The notes beneath the pieces were generated by a model, which saw only the letters and a list, made by a program, of their open reading frames with translations, did no database searches and was not told the DNA's origin. DNA of 64,000 nt from Vicugna vicugna (Eukaryota). The stretch lies in NCBI GenBank assembly GCA_013265495.1, contig MU058059.1:3263502-3327501 (forward strand), in the 5' to 3' direction. Position 1 is the first letter of the stretch. Each line of letters begins with the position of its first letter. The position numbers were made by a program, and so were the translations under genes. Below are positions 22,283-40,101 of this stretch, one piece after another.

Positions 22283-24880
22283 TTAAAAAAAAAAAAAAGG
22301 AGTCTTTTTAAAAGGACCATAGGGGAAAAAGCATATCTGTGCTGGAGAGCATTCCTTAATTACCTTCAGTTGATGAATCAGGAACACAGATGACAAACCT
22401 TGCATCTCTCAGGTACACATACATGCGTAACTCCCTTGGAGAATTTGCATTTGACCTTTAATGTCTATATTCAGATGGGAAGCACTATGGTGTAATAAGT
22501 GAAACATACACAAAAGTAAGTGTGTGGTATAATCTAAATAATGTATTAATATACATGAGCAAAAAAAGACCAGAAGAAAGTAAGATGAAGAAATTATGAA
22601 GTGACATTAATCAGGAAGAAACACAAAACGTGGCAAATGAGCCACACAAGTAATCAAAAAATCAAACTGTGATATCATTTTATACCTATTAATGAACTTT
22701 TTAAAAGTATTTTTTCTGATGATAAAAGTAATATAATCTGTTATACTGGGAATTTGGAAAATACAGCAAAACTTGAAAATAAAAATCACCCATAATTCCT
22801 CCAGCCAGAGTTTAATACAGATACTATTTTAATATATTTCTCTAGTTTTTTTTCCCTACACACACAGAGACAAATTTGTATACTGCTGTTTTCACCTACA
22901 AGATACACAAAAATTTTACAAACTATTAAATATCTGTGCTATCGTTAATTACGAACAACCTGAATGTCCCTCAGTAGAAGAATCCGTTTAAATGATTACA
23001 TATTAACTCCATGTAATATGCAGCCGTTAAAAATAGTAATAAAAGAAATATAACTTCAAAAGAAAATCTACAGTCTGTTCAATTTTTAAAAAGCCATACA
23101 TAAAACGGGGCGTGCTGTGGTTTGAGCTGCTTCTTTGCTTAATAGTTGTCTTCTTGAACCCTGCCTGAAATTCCTGCACGCCCTTCCTCTCAGTTCTGTG
23201 CACCGCTCTGAGAAGCCTGCTTCCCTTCCGTTCTGCCAGCGTGCTGACTGGCCCAGGTGCGCCCTTTGCCCTGGCGCCTGCTGCTGCGGTTACAGGCAGG
23301 ACTGTATTCTTCCACCCTGGCATCCCTAGCCAGTAGCATTCTGTGCCTGGCGGGGAACGCAGTATATATTAGGACCGATTTGCAGTGCAGAACTGAGGTT
23401 TTACAAGATATGCAAAGAAAAAAAATCATTCCCAGTTTCCAGTAAAACTTACCTAATGAGAAACAATACAAATAGGATAGTTAAATATAAACCCTTGGAA
23501 GCTGCAAGGGGAGAAAAGTCCTCAAGAACAAGTTATAATAAGGTGCTAACGAGGGAAAATAATACCTGTGGTGCAAGTGCACGTTCTGTACTCATTTAAT
23601 CAAGTGCCGAAATAAATATTGCTTCCAGAACAAGTGTTCTTCTTCTGCAACATGAAGTTCTGTAGCTTGATACCCTGTATTGCGGTATTGATAACTGGGA
23701 ATGGAGTTCTGCTTACAAGCAGTTGTAATTCCAGAGTGTTCTTTTTTATACCATGTCAGTATAACTATTTTACTCATTGGCATTTAATAATATTGTTTTA
23801 GAATATTAACATATCTTCTCCAGAGCTCCCCATACAGTGCCCAGGACCTTACAGACACCCCACAATGCTTCTGGAATTTGAATTCCCATGTGAAGAGAAT
23901 ATATGGGTGCTAGATCACTTTAAAGGGAGCTTAGTGTATTAAAATAAATTTATGACTACAGTATTATTAAATAGCAAAAAGATCTGTTTAGTTATTTTTT
24001 ATGAGTTTGTTTTTTTTCCTCCCTTGGTCAGAGGCCTGGGTTTTCTCTTCAGTTAGAGGCCCCATGTATACAACATACATTTCAGCTAAGAAAAGATGTC
24101 ATCAAAGAAGAAAAACAATTTTTTTCTTAAATGTTATATAATGAAATAGAATTTAGCAGTGCTTTGACTGTATTTATACAACAGCTTGTACACAAGTACA
24201 TTTTTGTGTACTTAAAATAAATTTTAATGTCTTTAAAAACATACAGGGATTGAGCACATTATTTCCCCTTTTGTACTGAAGTACAGTTGGTGTCAAGTTT
24301 AAATTATAAAGAAGAAAGCTAAGAAATAAAGTGGCTTTTTTCAAATTACATATCAATTCAGTTTATCTGTTAAGATCTTAATGATGTAATGGGAGGATTT
24401 TTTTTTAACCAAATAGTCATGTTTCTTGTATGGTCAAAACCACCTTTGTTCAAGTTTCTGTCCTTTATGGAAATCAACTAATCCTTTATGCTTTTCGTAA
24501 TAAAAAATTCTAAAACAACCTTTTACGTTAGTGGTTCTTAATCTTTTTTGCATCAAAGAATCCTACATAAATTAAATATTCTCTCTCCAGGAAAAATAAA
24601 CGTACATGTATGTAAAATTTTACATATCATTAGTAGCCAGTGTTTCCCCTGAATCCAACCCCTTAGGTTATGAACCTCATCATTATATTATGCATACATT
24701 TTAATATTATGTGTATATTGCTATATATGTTGTGAATGCAGTATATTGTATGCTTTTAGAAGTGTCAGGGAATCTCATCCTGAAGCAAATTGTCTGTAAA
24801 GCTCTTCCACAAAACTGTAGCAGAGTTGTTGCATATTTCTATTGCATTATTGGCACATAAATCTGAGGTGTTTTTCCTGA

Positions 24881-29764
<4,884 letters not shown>

Positions 29765-29789
29765 TAGGAGCCGCGTTTTAAAAAGTAAA

Positions 29790-30002
29790 AGGAAACGGGA
29801 AATTAATATTAATACTGTATTTAACCCAGTGTATCCAGAATTTTATTTCAAAATATAAACAGTGTAGAGAAGTTATTGATGGGACATTCTGTAATTTTTC
29901 TGTACTAAGAATTTGAAACCCGCTGGGCTTTCAAGTTGAAACCCGCCACATGTCAGTGCCCAGTAGCCACGTGTAGCCGGGGCTACCTTACTGAACAGCA
30001 CT
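29790..30002. mobile_element. hAT-Charlie MITE relic (MER3/MER33-like)
   Basis: Terminus reads gccacatgtcagtgcccagtagccacgtgtagccgggctaccttactgaacagca. Confidence 0.55.
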
Positions 30003-30009
30003 GATGCAC

Positions 30010-31520
30010 AGTATTTTTTCTCTTACCTGTTTTTCCTTTCGTCCCAAAGCAGTTGTGTTTTCACTTCTGTGAAGGGTAATTCCACCACCCGTGTGCGCTT
30101 TTGATCCCAGTCTCTGCAGTGTTCTCTGGAACCTTCCTCTATTAAAACACTTCTCGCTAGTACACTTTTTAACTTTCTCTCTCTAGGGCCCTTCTCCCCC
30201 CACTCCTTTCATCCTGGGGAGAACGCGGTTCTCCCTGGACTGTGCCAGCCTGCCGGCCGCCCCCTCTGGCTGCCACGCCCTTGGAGGGCGGTCTGTGCCC
30301 GATGTTTTCCCTGCGGCACGTGCTGTTCGCCCCTTCACCGTCGGGTGCCCTGGCAGTCGTCACCAGTGAGCTCGAATTGCCTGGTTCATTGGCCTCTTTT
30401 TCTTTCTACTTGGCCTCTGTCACATTTGACACTGTGACCATCTCGTTCTTCATAAAATTTTCCCCTCCCTGGTCTTTCCCGAGGATGCACTCTTCTGGTT
30501 CTCCTGCCTCACTAACTAATCTCTTTCTATCTTTTAATGACTCCGCTACGCACCTCTGAAACATCAGCGTTCTCTAGGAGTTAATTCGTCTTTTGGTCCC
30601 CGTGGTCCCGTCTGTCCCTATGGTTTCAGCAGTCTTCCGTGTGCCAGGTAGTCCCTCACCATTCTCTCTAGCCACAGCATCCCTGCTGACCTCCAGAGTC
30701 ACATACCAGTGCTTCCTGGGCATCAGTCACTGCATGAGCTCAGACACCTCTCACCGGTTTGGTTCCTCAGGAAGGTTCCCCAGGACTCTGAGATTGTGTG
30801 CAAGAGGTTTGTCCCTGAGCGCCGCCAGGAGCAGTGCCTATAAGTGCGTGAGGGGAGCGGAGTCGGGCAGAGCAAGAAGTTGGACTGAAACGCAGGTGCA
30901 GCAGTGACCTCAGTGGAAGCTGCTGGAGCTCTGGAGTGGGATGGCCCCTCCGCTAGGTGGCCTCCACTCGGGGGAGGGGACCTGGGGGCACACTAGCTCT
31001 CTCCCGTGAAACAGAGATCACAGAGAGTAACTCCAGGGAGAGCTGTGGGCCACCTCGCTCCTCGTGCCTGACGGGAGAGTCTGACCATGCACCATGGCAT
31101 CCTCTCTAACCTCACACTTCAACAGACCCAAGGGGATGATTTATCCCTCACTCCCTTAAAAACAAACCTCCATTCATTAGTGAGGACAGCAAAGTAGAAA
31201 CCTGTCAGTCCCCAAGCTCTAAACATGCTACCTTAGCACGCCTTCCAGAATCTACCTCGGCACAGCCTTGGTTTCGGGCCCTCATCATTACCTCTCACTT
31301 TCAGCTTTGCAGCAGTTTTTCACTACTGTTTCCTCCCAGTTTCCTTCTGCTGGACCATTCTCTTTTGTTGTTAAATTTATGTCCCTTTAAGAACAATGGA
31401 AAGCTATTTCCCTCTTTAAGTATCTCAGCTGTGATTGGCTGGCTTCCCATTGCCGGCAGCATGAACCCCACACCTCAGCCTAGTCCGTTTCACAGTCTGC
31501 CCCGTCTGCCCCTCTTACTT
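30010..31520. mobile_element. L2 relics interrupted by an MLT1-like LTR fragment (about 30755-31100)
   Basis: L2-like stretch (catttgacactgtgaccatctcgttcttcataaaattttcccc) and MLT1-like stretch (ggactctgagattgtgtgcaagaggttt...ggagctctggagtgggatggccc). Confidence 0.5.
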
Positions 31521-34500
31521 CAGCCCCTCACACTCGTCCAGATCACCCGGTAGTTCAGCAGGCGAACTCTTCTGGGGTTCTTTGGCTGTACCGCCCCTCT
31601 GCCTGCAGCGTTGTTCTCACCAGGCCCCCTTTCTCCTCCATCCTCTGTGCACAGTCCTGTCGAAGCAGAATTGCTTGTGTCTTCCTTATACCTCCCCTCC
31701 GACGACTTGGTTAACTGTCCACGTGGCTGCTCTGCCTCTGAGCTGTAATCTGAGTAAGGGCTAGAACACTGCTGTCTCTTGTGGAAGGAGTCCTGCATCT
31801 GGGTCAGCCCTGCGTGCGCTGCTTGTTTCCATAACTGTGTTTCTAGCTGCTTCAGGACCTCTCCTGACCGTCCCACGATATCCTTAGAATCATTGTGTCC
31901 AATACCATAGCCGTTTGTCTTCCTCACTAGTGCTGTTTTTGCTCTCTGTTTCAGACCACCGTGTCTGCTGTCTCATCTCAGGCTGGGAACCCAGAACTCA
32001 GCCTTGCCCCTGGTCTTCTCGTCACAGCAGCCACTAAGCGGTGTAAATGCGTTTGTTGTTCTTCCAGATTCTTTCAGCAAAATAATTTGTTAATGATTCA
32101 AAGAATACAAAGCTAGTAATTTCCTTGTTTCCTTTATTTCTCCTTAAGGGGTAAGAACTTTGAGCTGAACTATGTTACATCTTAGGCTTGAAGTATGGAT
32201 AAAACTAAAAAGAACACGTTTAAATTGGAAGTTCGTACAAACTGTTTCACTAAAAGCAATCTCTCATAAGCCATGGTAGCTTGCCCTTTTAGCACAGTCT
32301 GCCTGTTGATCCTGTCGCTGTGTGTGTGTGTGCGCGTGTGGTCAGCATGACCCACACTTGTGTGGATGCTCTGCACGCCCATCTTGACTGTCACCTTCAC
32401 GTATTCCTGCAAAGATGAGGTAGTACGGGTTCTGGGGACGTAACTTTAATTACGTTAGAGTTTAATTGTAATTGAGTACCGTCTCAGAAGGGGCTGTAAG
32501 CAGAGCTGAGAATTATTTCTGGATGTAGTGGAGAATTTTTTCCTTGTTTTGAATGACAGTTACTAAAGTAGAGAAACAACGTAAGACAGCAGGAAGACTA
32601 GACGTTCCCAGGGAGCACACGTGAGTTTGTCCAGATCTCACCGCACCCAGCTGTGTGTCCTGCGTTTTCACATCTGTCCTTGGAAAACGGTAACACCTGC
32701 CCTACCTCGGAGCAGGTTGGACCGTGTCAGCCGTAGCCATTGACACTGTGACAACCCTGTGCAGCTGTAAGGGGCCACCATGATTTTATCCAGCTCCAAA
32801 TGACTCTGAGGGCATATTCACTAGCGCTAGTATGCAGACCTGCCGCCTTTGCCCATAAAAGGTTGTGCTCTTGAGTTTATTGGACTGGACTTGTTTATTT
32901 GAAACTTAGTTTCAAAAAATAAAAAAAGATCCCAATAATAAAAATCACTTAGTTACAGTACTTTTGTATTTTTCAATGTTTTATCCATTGGTGTCCTCGC
33001 AGTCAGCTAAGTGCCACTTCGTTGAAGTGCTCTCGTCACAATTACGTGATCTGGGTATAGAGCCCACTGGAAGTGTGGTGAGATGTCTCCGGAGTCCGCT
33101 TCGTGTTTATTCTTCTGTAACTTGTGTTTCTCATAATTAACTGTAACGCTGCCATTTTTCCAGAGGAAATAAAGGGAAGAAAAATAAAGCAATGTCAAGT
33201 TCCTGAAAATCAAATAAACAGGGAAAAAAAAGAAAAAGACTTGACAAGCTGGTGTCTGCCAACAGTCAAGAACCCCCACCAAGGGGTCCGGGAGTGGGTG
33301 ATGAGAAGAAGGGCACCCATGAAGGTTATCGGGGGTTTTCACTCTGGAGACCCATGAGACTCAGTAAAAGACAGACTCTCCAGGCCTGATTTGTTAGAGG
33401 AAGATGAGGGAAACAGTGAAGGGCAGGTTTCCTCAGAAAGTCTCCTCCATCTGCTCTTTTGTGATTTTACCGCTTTTCTATGCATTGATGTATGTTGAGA
33501 ATTCCAAGATTTAGACATTCCACCCAAACCCCTCTCCTCAGCTTTTTTGGTAACTCACGCCTCCACAGATTCAACATTTCAGCACTGAACTTGCCTCTCC
33601 CCACTTCCCCTCCTGTGCTCTGTTACTGGCCCCCCGGCCGTCATGCTAAAGGATTGAACAAGCCCTCGGGGCCCCTCTTTCTTACCCGGAATCATTGAGC
33701 CATCCGCATTTTCAGACCCCTGGTCTCTTCCACTCTTTTGTGCATCTCACACCACTGGAGCAGGTGACCTGCTCCCCTAGTTCCTTGCCTGCAGTCTTGT
33801 CCCCCTGATGTCTGTTCTCCAAACAGCAGTGGGCTGTTAAGACCTTTTAGTGGTTCCCCATCACATACAGATTTTACCCTGATGTGTTAGCATAATGGCT
33901 GTTCCACAGTGTATTAATTAAATACCTTCCTCGGGGCGGGGAGAGACGGGGGTCTTTCATGATCAAATAAGTTTGGGAAACACCATTAATTTAAACATAC
34001 ATAGATTTCTTCACTGTAGGACCTCTTAGAACTATTAAAATTTAATTTGCTAATTATGAGTTGCCTAAATAAGCACATGAGTGCAGTTTTTCCCAAACTT
34101 CCTTATTCTTGGAACCATTTCCTGTATGTCATCTCTGTGGCTCAGTGTTCCGTGCATCATACTTTAAGGAAAGCTGTTTTCCAGGCTAGACAACAGCCTT
34201 TATTATTTCGCCCGTGCTATCCCTGCGTCCTCACATCCCACCACTCTTTCCTTCAACTTTGATGTCCAGGAGTTCGGGACTGCTCATGGCTGCCTCCAGA
34301 CGCCAGCCTGTTTCTTTGTTCTCATGCAGAGGACCATGCTCTCCTTTCCTGTGTGTGGGATTGTCTCCCTCCTTGTTTCCCTTTTTTTTCCTCTGCAGCT
34401 TGTTTCTCTTAACTCTTTACTCTGGCCCTTCCTTGAAGATGCAGCCCTGGCATTCCACCCTCAAAGAAGTCTTCTCTGACACCCTGTCTCAAAGGAGTAG

Positions 34501-35663
34501 ATATTTCCCTCAGTTCTGCTCAAAGGATGCCTGTGTGACTTTGCAAAACTAAAATAACAGCTCCAAATGCTACTCTTACGTCTTCTTAGTAAATTTCAAA
34601 AAGCTTACAGGCACAGAAATCAAAGATGATATTGCAGTTAGAGACCTGAAAAATGATAAGCCCCACTAAGTTATGTGTATTGTAGACTTTTCTCATTGAT
34701 TCAGCTGAATATTGTGATGTTATTTAACATGTTTTTCAGTCCCTCGTAATTCTATAAGCTGTTTGCTGTTTATGAAGTCCCGATTAGGTCCAGGTTTGAT
34801 TCTTTGGCAAGAGTGTTTCATGTAACAGTACAGGATGCACACAGCATCTGCTTGTTCCCCTTGGGGAGAGTCCACAGAGTTGTTACACTGTGCCCTTCAC
34901 TCTAATATGCTGACAGGAGCTGAAAGCTGGGGCAGGGTGGGGGCTGTAGAGGGAGCACGTTCAGGGCTCACAGGCAGTTACCACCCTACGTGGATGCCCT
35001 GTATTAGCACTAGAGTGTCTGCACAGGCCGAGTCAGCTTTCTTAACCTCCATCATCTGCCAGAAAGCGCAGGCCACTGTAATGATCAGCTTAGAGGTGAG
35101 CCAACCATTAGCTTTTTGGAGTGTGGATAGCCAAAGTGAGTTATCACATGTAACATGTAACAAATCTATTAGAAGACAATTTCATCTATTTTTATAACAG
35201 ACGTAATTCACTAAATGTGCAACCTCAGTGCCTTGGTGTTTGGTTTTTGTCGTGTCTACAAAAACACTTCACTTACTGTCACTCAGACTGTTCCAGTCTT
35301 TAGGACCGTTTGCTCGGGGCTTCTTGTGTTTCTGTTACTCCTTCCTCCCTGTCTGTGAACTATCACTTACTGATGCTCTAAAATGTGTCTCTCTGTGGTA
35401 AATAACTCCCTTAGTCCTCTGGTTTGCTCTTTGAAATTTGCTGTGGCCTCAGAATTAAAACGTCTTAAGTTTTTGGGAATGCTCTGCTTTGTTTCAAATA
35501 GTTGAAATTGAGAAGTAACAACCGTTACTATATTATTTAATTCAAAGAACATTAGAATTTATATTTTCATTAAGTTTTGTACTAAAAAGGTTTAATTTTA
35601 TAAGAATAGCCAATTATTGTAAATAAAATTAGTATTTTTAACTCTATGTTTTTCAAAAATTAG

Positions 35664-35774
<111 letters not shown>

Positions 35775-36389
35775 TAAATTTACATTTATGCCAAAAATAA
35801 CTGTATTTTAACAATAGATTATAATGGCCTGCAGATTTTTATTAGTGAATTTTCCTTATTTAGAATCATTTTGGGGAATGGTTTGATTTTATCTTGTGCT
35901 TGTACAATAAGATGGAGAATTTTCAAGCCTGTTTTAGGAAAGCTCCCATGTTACAAGTCATATTGGGTATATACTTGGTACGTAAAAATCTCTAATATTA
36001 TCATTTGTTGAATTTGCAGAACTTTAGCAGTGAATTCCTCTCTGGACATTGAATTTCCAGGTTTTGGAATTGTTGCCTGCTGCCAGATACTGTAGTGCAG
36101 GATCTTACAGAGGCAATGCTCGTTGGAACTTAGAGGTCTGCCTTAGTACTCCAGTTTCCAGTGGTTAGTTTTGGCATGAAATGACAGGGCAAAATACCTG
36201 TCTCACTGTTTATAGAAATCATCAAAGTAACTTGAATTGACGAAAATAATAATGTCTTCATCTTTTAGGAGGGTCATGGACTTTCTGAAAATGTGCTCTA
36301 AGCTGTGATCCTTCTTTACAGACAAATACACGTTGTCTTACACAAACAAAACCTTGTATGATTGATTTCCTAGGTTCACCTAGATTCAC

Positions 36390-37200
36390 CTAGAGGTTTT
36401 TAACCTTTTTTTGTCCCATGGTTTCCTGTAAAAACCTGGTAAATATAAAACCTTCCCTCAGCATAATGTTCTTAAATGAACAAAATAAATTTATAGCATT
36501 ACAGAGAGAAAAACAGATAAAAGACAGAAGCACTGATACGGAACTTACAACACTGTCCATGACTCGTGTCAGTGAACAATTGTTGGCAGTAAGAAGTTAG
36601 GTCATATAACACACACCAGTAGTTGTTCGAGCCACCGGCCATGTTTGAAGTCACCTGATATATATTCATCTGTGCCTTTAACCATGTTACAGAAGCCATA
36701 CTACCTTACAGACAGTGAAGAATTCTCATTTCAACTGTTCAATTAGCAAAACTTTAATTGCAAAACTGACTCATACCTTTCCGCACATTGACCAACAAAC
36801 AATTGAGAATTATAAAATACTAGAAAGCAACTGAAAAGTCTGACCAGTGTGAGAACAAACAACTCTACCCTTTGGCGGCTGGATGAGCTTCCACTGTAGG
36901 ACTGCATGATGGTTGACCAGCCGTATCACACAGGAGTCTGCACAGAAAAGCTACATCACGTGTCGTGTAGCAGCAGGTCCAGTAACTACTGAAAACTCAA
37001 GAAAAAATCAGTATAAAATTTTGGGGCAATACCTGCAACAGCTATAATGGGGATGGAAGATATCTGTGATTTCTGTGGGCAGCAGAGTTGCAGATACCTC
37101 TGACATTACTGTGGTTTGCCACCTACATTCATAATTGAAAGAAATGCCAGTTGGAGATTAGCAAAAATACAATTTTCCCCCTTGAAGTTCACAGATAATC
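36390..37200. mobile_element. hAT-Charlie DNA transposon relic
   Basis: Charlie-like start tagaggtttttaaccttttttttgtcccatgg...cctcagcataatgttcttaaatg. Approximate call. Confidence 0.45.
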
Positions 37201-37872
37201 TTTGCCTAGTTCTGTCCTCTCTCTGCTTCCTGGAAGTGGGAATTTTTTTTTAACTAATAAAGAAAAGTTTTTTTTTTTTTTAACTAGTTAAAAATTTGTT
37301 CTTTAATTAGCAACGTTTGAAGGTGGGGGGGATGTCACATCAGGACTTCGAGGCAAAGGCAGAAACCCCAGACTAGTTGTTCCCAGGCTAAGGAACTCTG
37401 TTCTAGGGTCATTTTTCCCATAGAGAACGACAGCATTTGAATGTGGTGCTGAACGCAGCCAGAGCCCCGACTCCACTGCAGAAGCACCACGTGTCCTGTC
37501 CGCCTCCCCAGGAGCTAAGACGAACCCGTTCTCAGAAGACATTGTTTGATAGGCTCTGCTGTAGAAGTTCAAAGTCACAGCATTAAGAATGATGATCTCA
37601 GGTGGAATGTGTTGGCTGTCACTTCAGCAGCGTGTCTCTGTTAATTATGTTAGGGGAGGAGGTCTGACTTTAAGAAATACATTTCTTTCTCATATGGTGA
37701 GAGGGATTTTTGATTATTGCTCATTATCTCTACAACCAACTTTTTAGGAAGACTTTCTTCTAGCTGTTTTTTCTGACTATCTGATCCAGTGTTTGAATAT
37801 TTGTCACAATGTCCCACCTTAAACTTGTACTTAAACTGATAAGTCATAAGTATTAGGTTTATCTTCTCTCTC

Positions 37873-38048
37873 TTTTTTTTTTTTGAATAAAGGTAGATTT
37901 ATTAAGAGAGATACATACTCCATAGACAGTGTAGGCTGTTTTAGAGGCAAGAGGAAAGCCAGGAGGTGTGGGGGTTTAAAATAAAAGTAGATACACACGC
38001 CATAGACCGAGTGCGGGCTGCCTTGGAAGGCGAGGTGGCAGGAGGCCT
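37873..38048 (-). mobile_element. Polyadenylated LTR-like fragment (retrocopied ERV transcript 3' end)
   Basis: The minus strand reads ...ctgtctatggagtatgtatctctcttAATAAAtctacctttattc followed by A12. Confidence 0.6.
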
Positions 38049-38477
38049 TAGTTCTTCTCTTCTGAGTATCATTGGTCACATGAGAATTTGCAACAGGTTA
38101 AATAAGACCACGTCTCTTTGTCTTTTCGCTAAATTATAAATACAGTGGAACGCTAGTCATGCCCATTTGGGTATAATGTGGCCTGTATCTGCTGCAGGGG
38201 AAGGATGAGTTTCTTATCAGTTGAGGGGGGAGTAGGGACCATGGCGGGGAGAAGACCAGCCACATTTGTAGTATTCTCCCGGCCCAGCCTTCCAGACGGG
38301 CCAACAGACCCTGCAGCTGGATCCCAGGAATTCACCGTCTGCTAAATGCAGACGGTTGCCTAGATCATTTCAGTAATCTTCTGATAGAGGGACTCTGCAG
38401 AATACATAATTGGAAGTTTTGGATCCCACGTAACACATTAAAGCAGGATTCCACTGTGATTGTCAGAGGTTTACAAG

Positions 38478-38686
38478 TACAGTTAACTTGTAACAACATG
38501 GGGGTTAGGGACCCCTTGCACAGTCAAAAGGTGGCGTGTAACTTCACAGTTGGCCCCCTGTATCCACACTTCCACATCCATGGATTTAGTCAACCATGGA
38601 CCATGTAGCACTGCGTATTTACTGAAAGAAGTCTGTGTGTAAGTGGACCTGCACAAGTCAGACCCATGTTGTTCCAGGGTCAGTGT
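38478..38686. mobile_element. TcMar-Tigger MITE (MER8-like)
   Basis: Starts tacagttaacttgtaacaacatggg and ends cccatgttgttccagggtcagtgtg, forming imperfect terminal inverted repeats. Confidence 0.7.
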
Positions 38687-38749
38687 GGTTAGCATTACAG
38701 TACAGTGTGTTTGTTCCTGTGAAAATACTCATAAAAGAGCCACTTCCAC

Positions 38750-39380
38750 CACAATGGCGTTCCACCTCAGAGTGTTAGAATGGCTGTAGCAAAAAAGACA
38801 AGTAATAACAAATGCTGGCAAGGATGTGCAAAAACTGGCACCCTACACATGGCTGGTGGGAATATAAAATGATGCAACTGCTGTTGAGAACATGTCTGCA
38901 GTTTGTGAATAAGTTAAGCATAACACTGCCACATGACACAGCAGCTCACTCCTGGTGTTTACGCAGAAAAGTGCATTCAAACAAGAATTGAGCATGAGTG
39001 TCCACAGCAGCCTTATTCATGACAGCCCAGAGGAAGAGACAGCCCAAAAGACCATCAGCTGATGAGTGGATAAGTAAAATGTGGTGTATTCATACAATGG
39101 AATATTACTCAGCCATAAAAAGGAATGAAATACTGATACCTGCTACATACAGCACAGATGAACCTTGAAAACACGTGACGAGAAGAAGCCAGTCACAAAA
39201 GACCACGTACTTTATGATTCCATTTATGTGAAATGTTGATAATAGGTCAGTCCGTAGAGACAGAAAGTAGAGTAGTGTTGTCAGGGGAAGAGGAGAATGG
39301 AGAGTGACTAATGGGTGTGGGGCTTCTGTTTGGAGTGACAGAAATGTTCTGGAATTAGTAGTGATGGTTGAAATCTTGGT
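38750..39380 (+). mobile_element. L1MB-type 3' end
   Basis: gatgagtggataagtaaaatgtggtgtattcatacaatggaatattactcagccataaaaaggaatgaa. Confidence 0.85.
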
Positions 39381-39383
39381 AAG

Positions 39384-39695
39384 TATAATTGGTCCTCTGT
39401 ATCTGCAGATTCCATATCCAGGGAGTCAGCCAATCATGGATCAAAAATACTCAAGAAAAAAAATTCCAGAAAGTTCCAAAAAGCAGAACTTGAATTTGCC
39501 AAACAACAGCAGTGATTTATATAGCATTCACATTGTATTAGGTATTACAGGTAGTCTAGAGATGACTTAAAAGTATATGGGAATATGTGCATAGATTATA
39601 TGCAAATATTATATAAGGGACTTGCACATCCATGGATTTTGGTGTCCACAGGGGTCCTGGAACCAATCCCCTGGAAATACTAAGGGACAACTATA
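39384..39695. mobile_element. TcMar-Tigger MER2-like element inserted in the L1 tail
   Basis: tataattggtcctctgtatctgcag ... ggggtcctggaaccaatcccc...aagggacaactata, with TA-flanked inverted ends. Confidence 0.75.
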
Positions 39696-39915
39696 CTAAA
39701 AGCCGTAATTTTACACTTTATAATTTTTAAAAAGAGAGTGCCAGTTTTGAAAAGAAAATTTACTTTCAGAACGCTTGGAGTTCTCTAATTTCTCAAGCTT
39801 ACTATGAAGGAAAAGCTACTCTGAGATTCTGGTTCTTGAGCACGTTAAGTAATTTTATTTCATTAGAAAAACAAGTGGTTGAAGAACTGTTGTTTTTAAT
39901 TCTTCGTTCAACTAG

Positions 39916-40101
<186 letters not shown>

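Noticed and set aside
15856..22393. ORFs with reverse-transcriptase-element C-terminal motifs as an active retroelement
   Set aside because: These are 5'-truncated, frameshifted L1 ORF2 remnants only.
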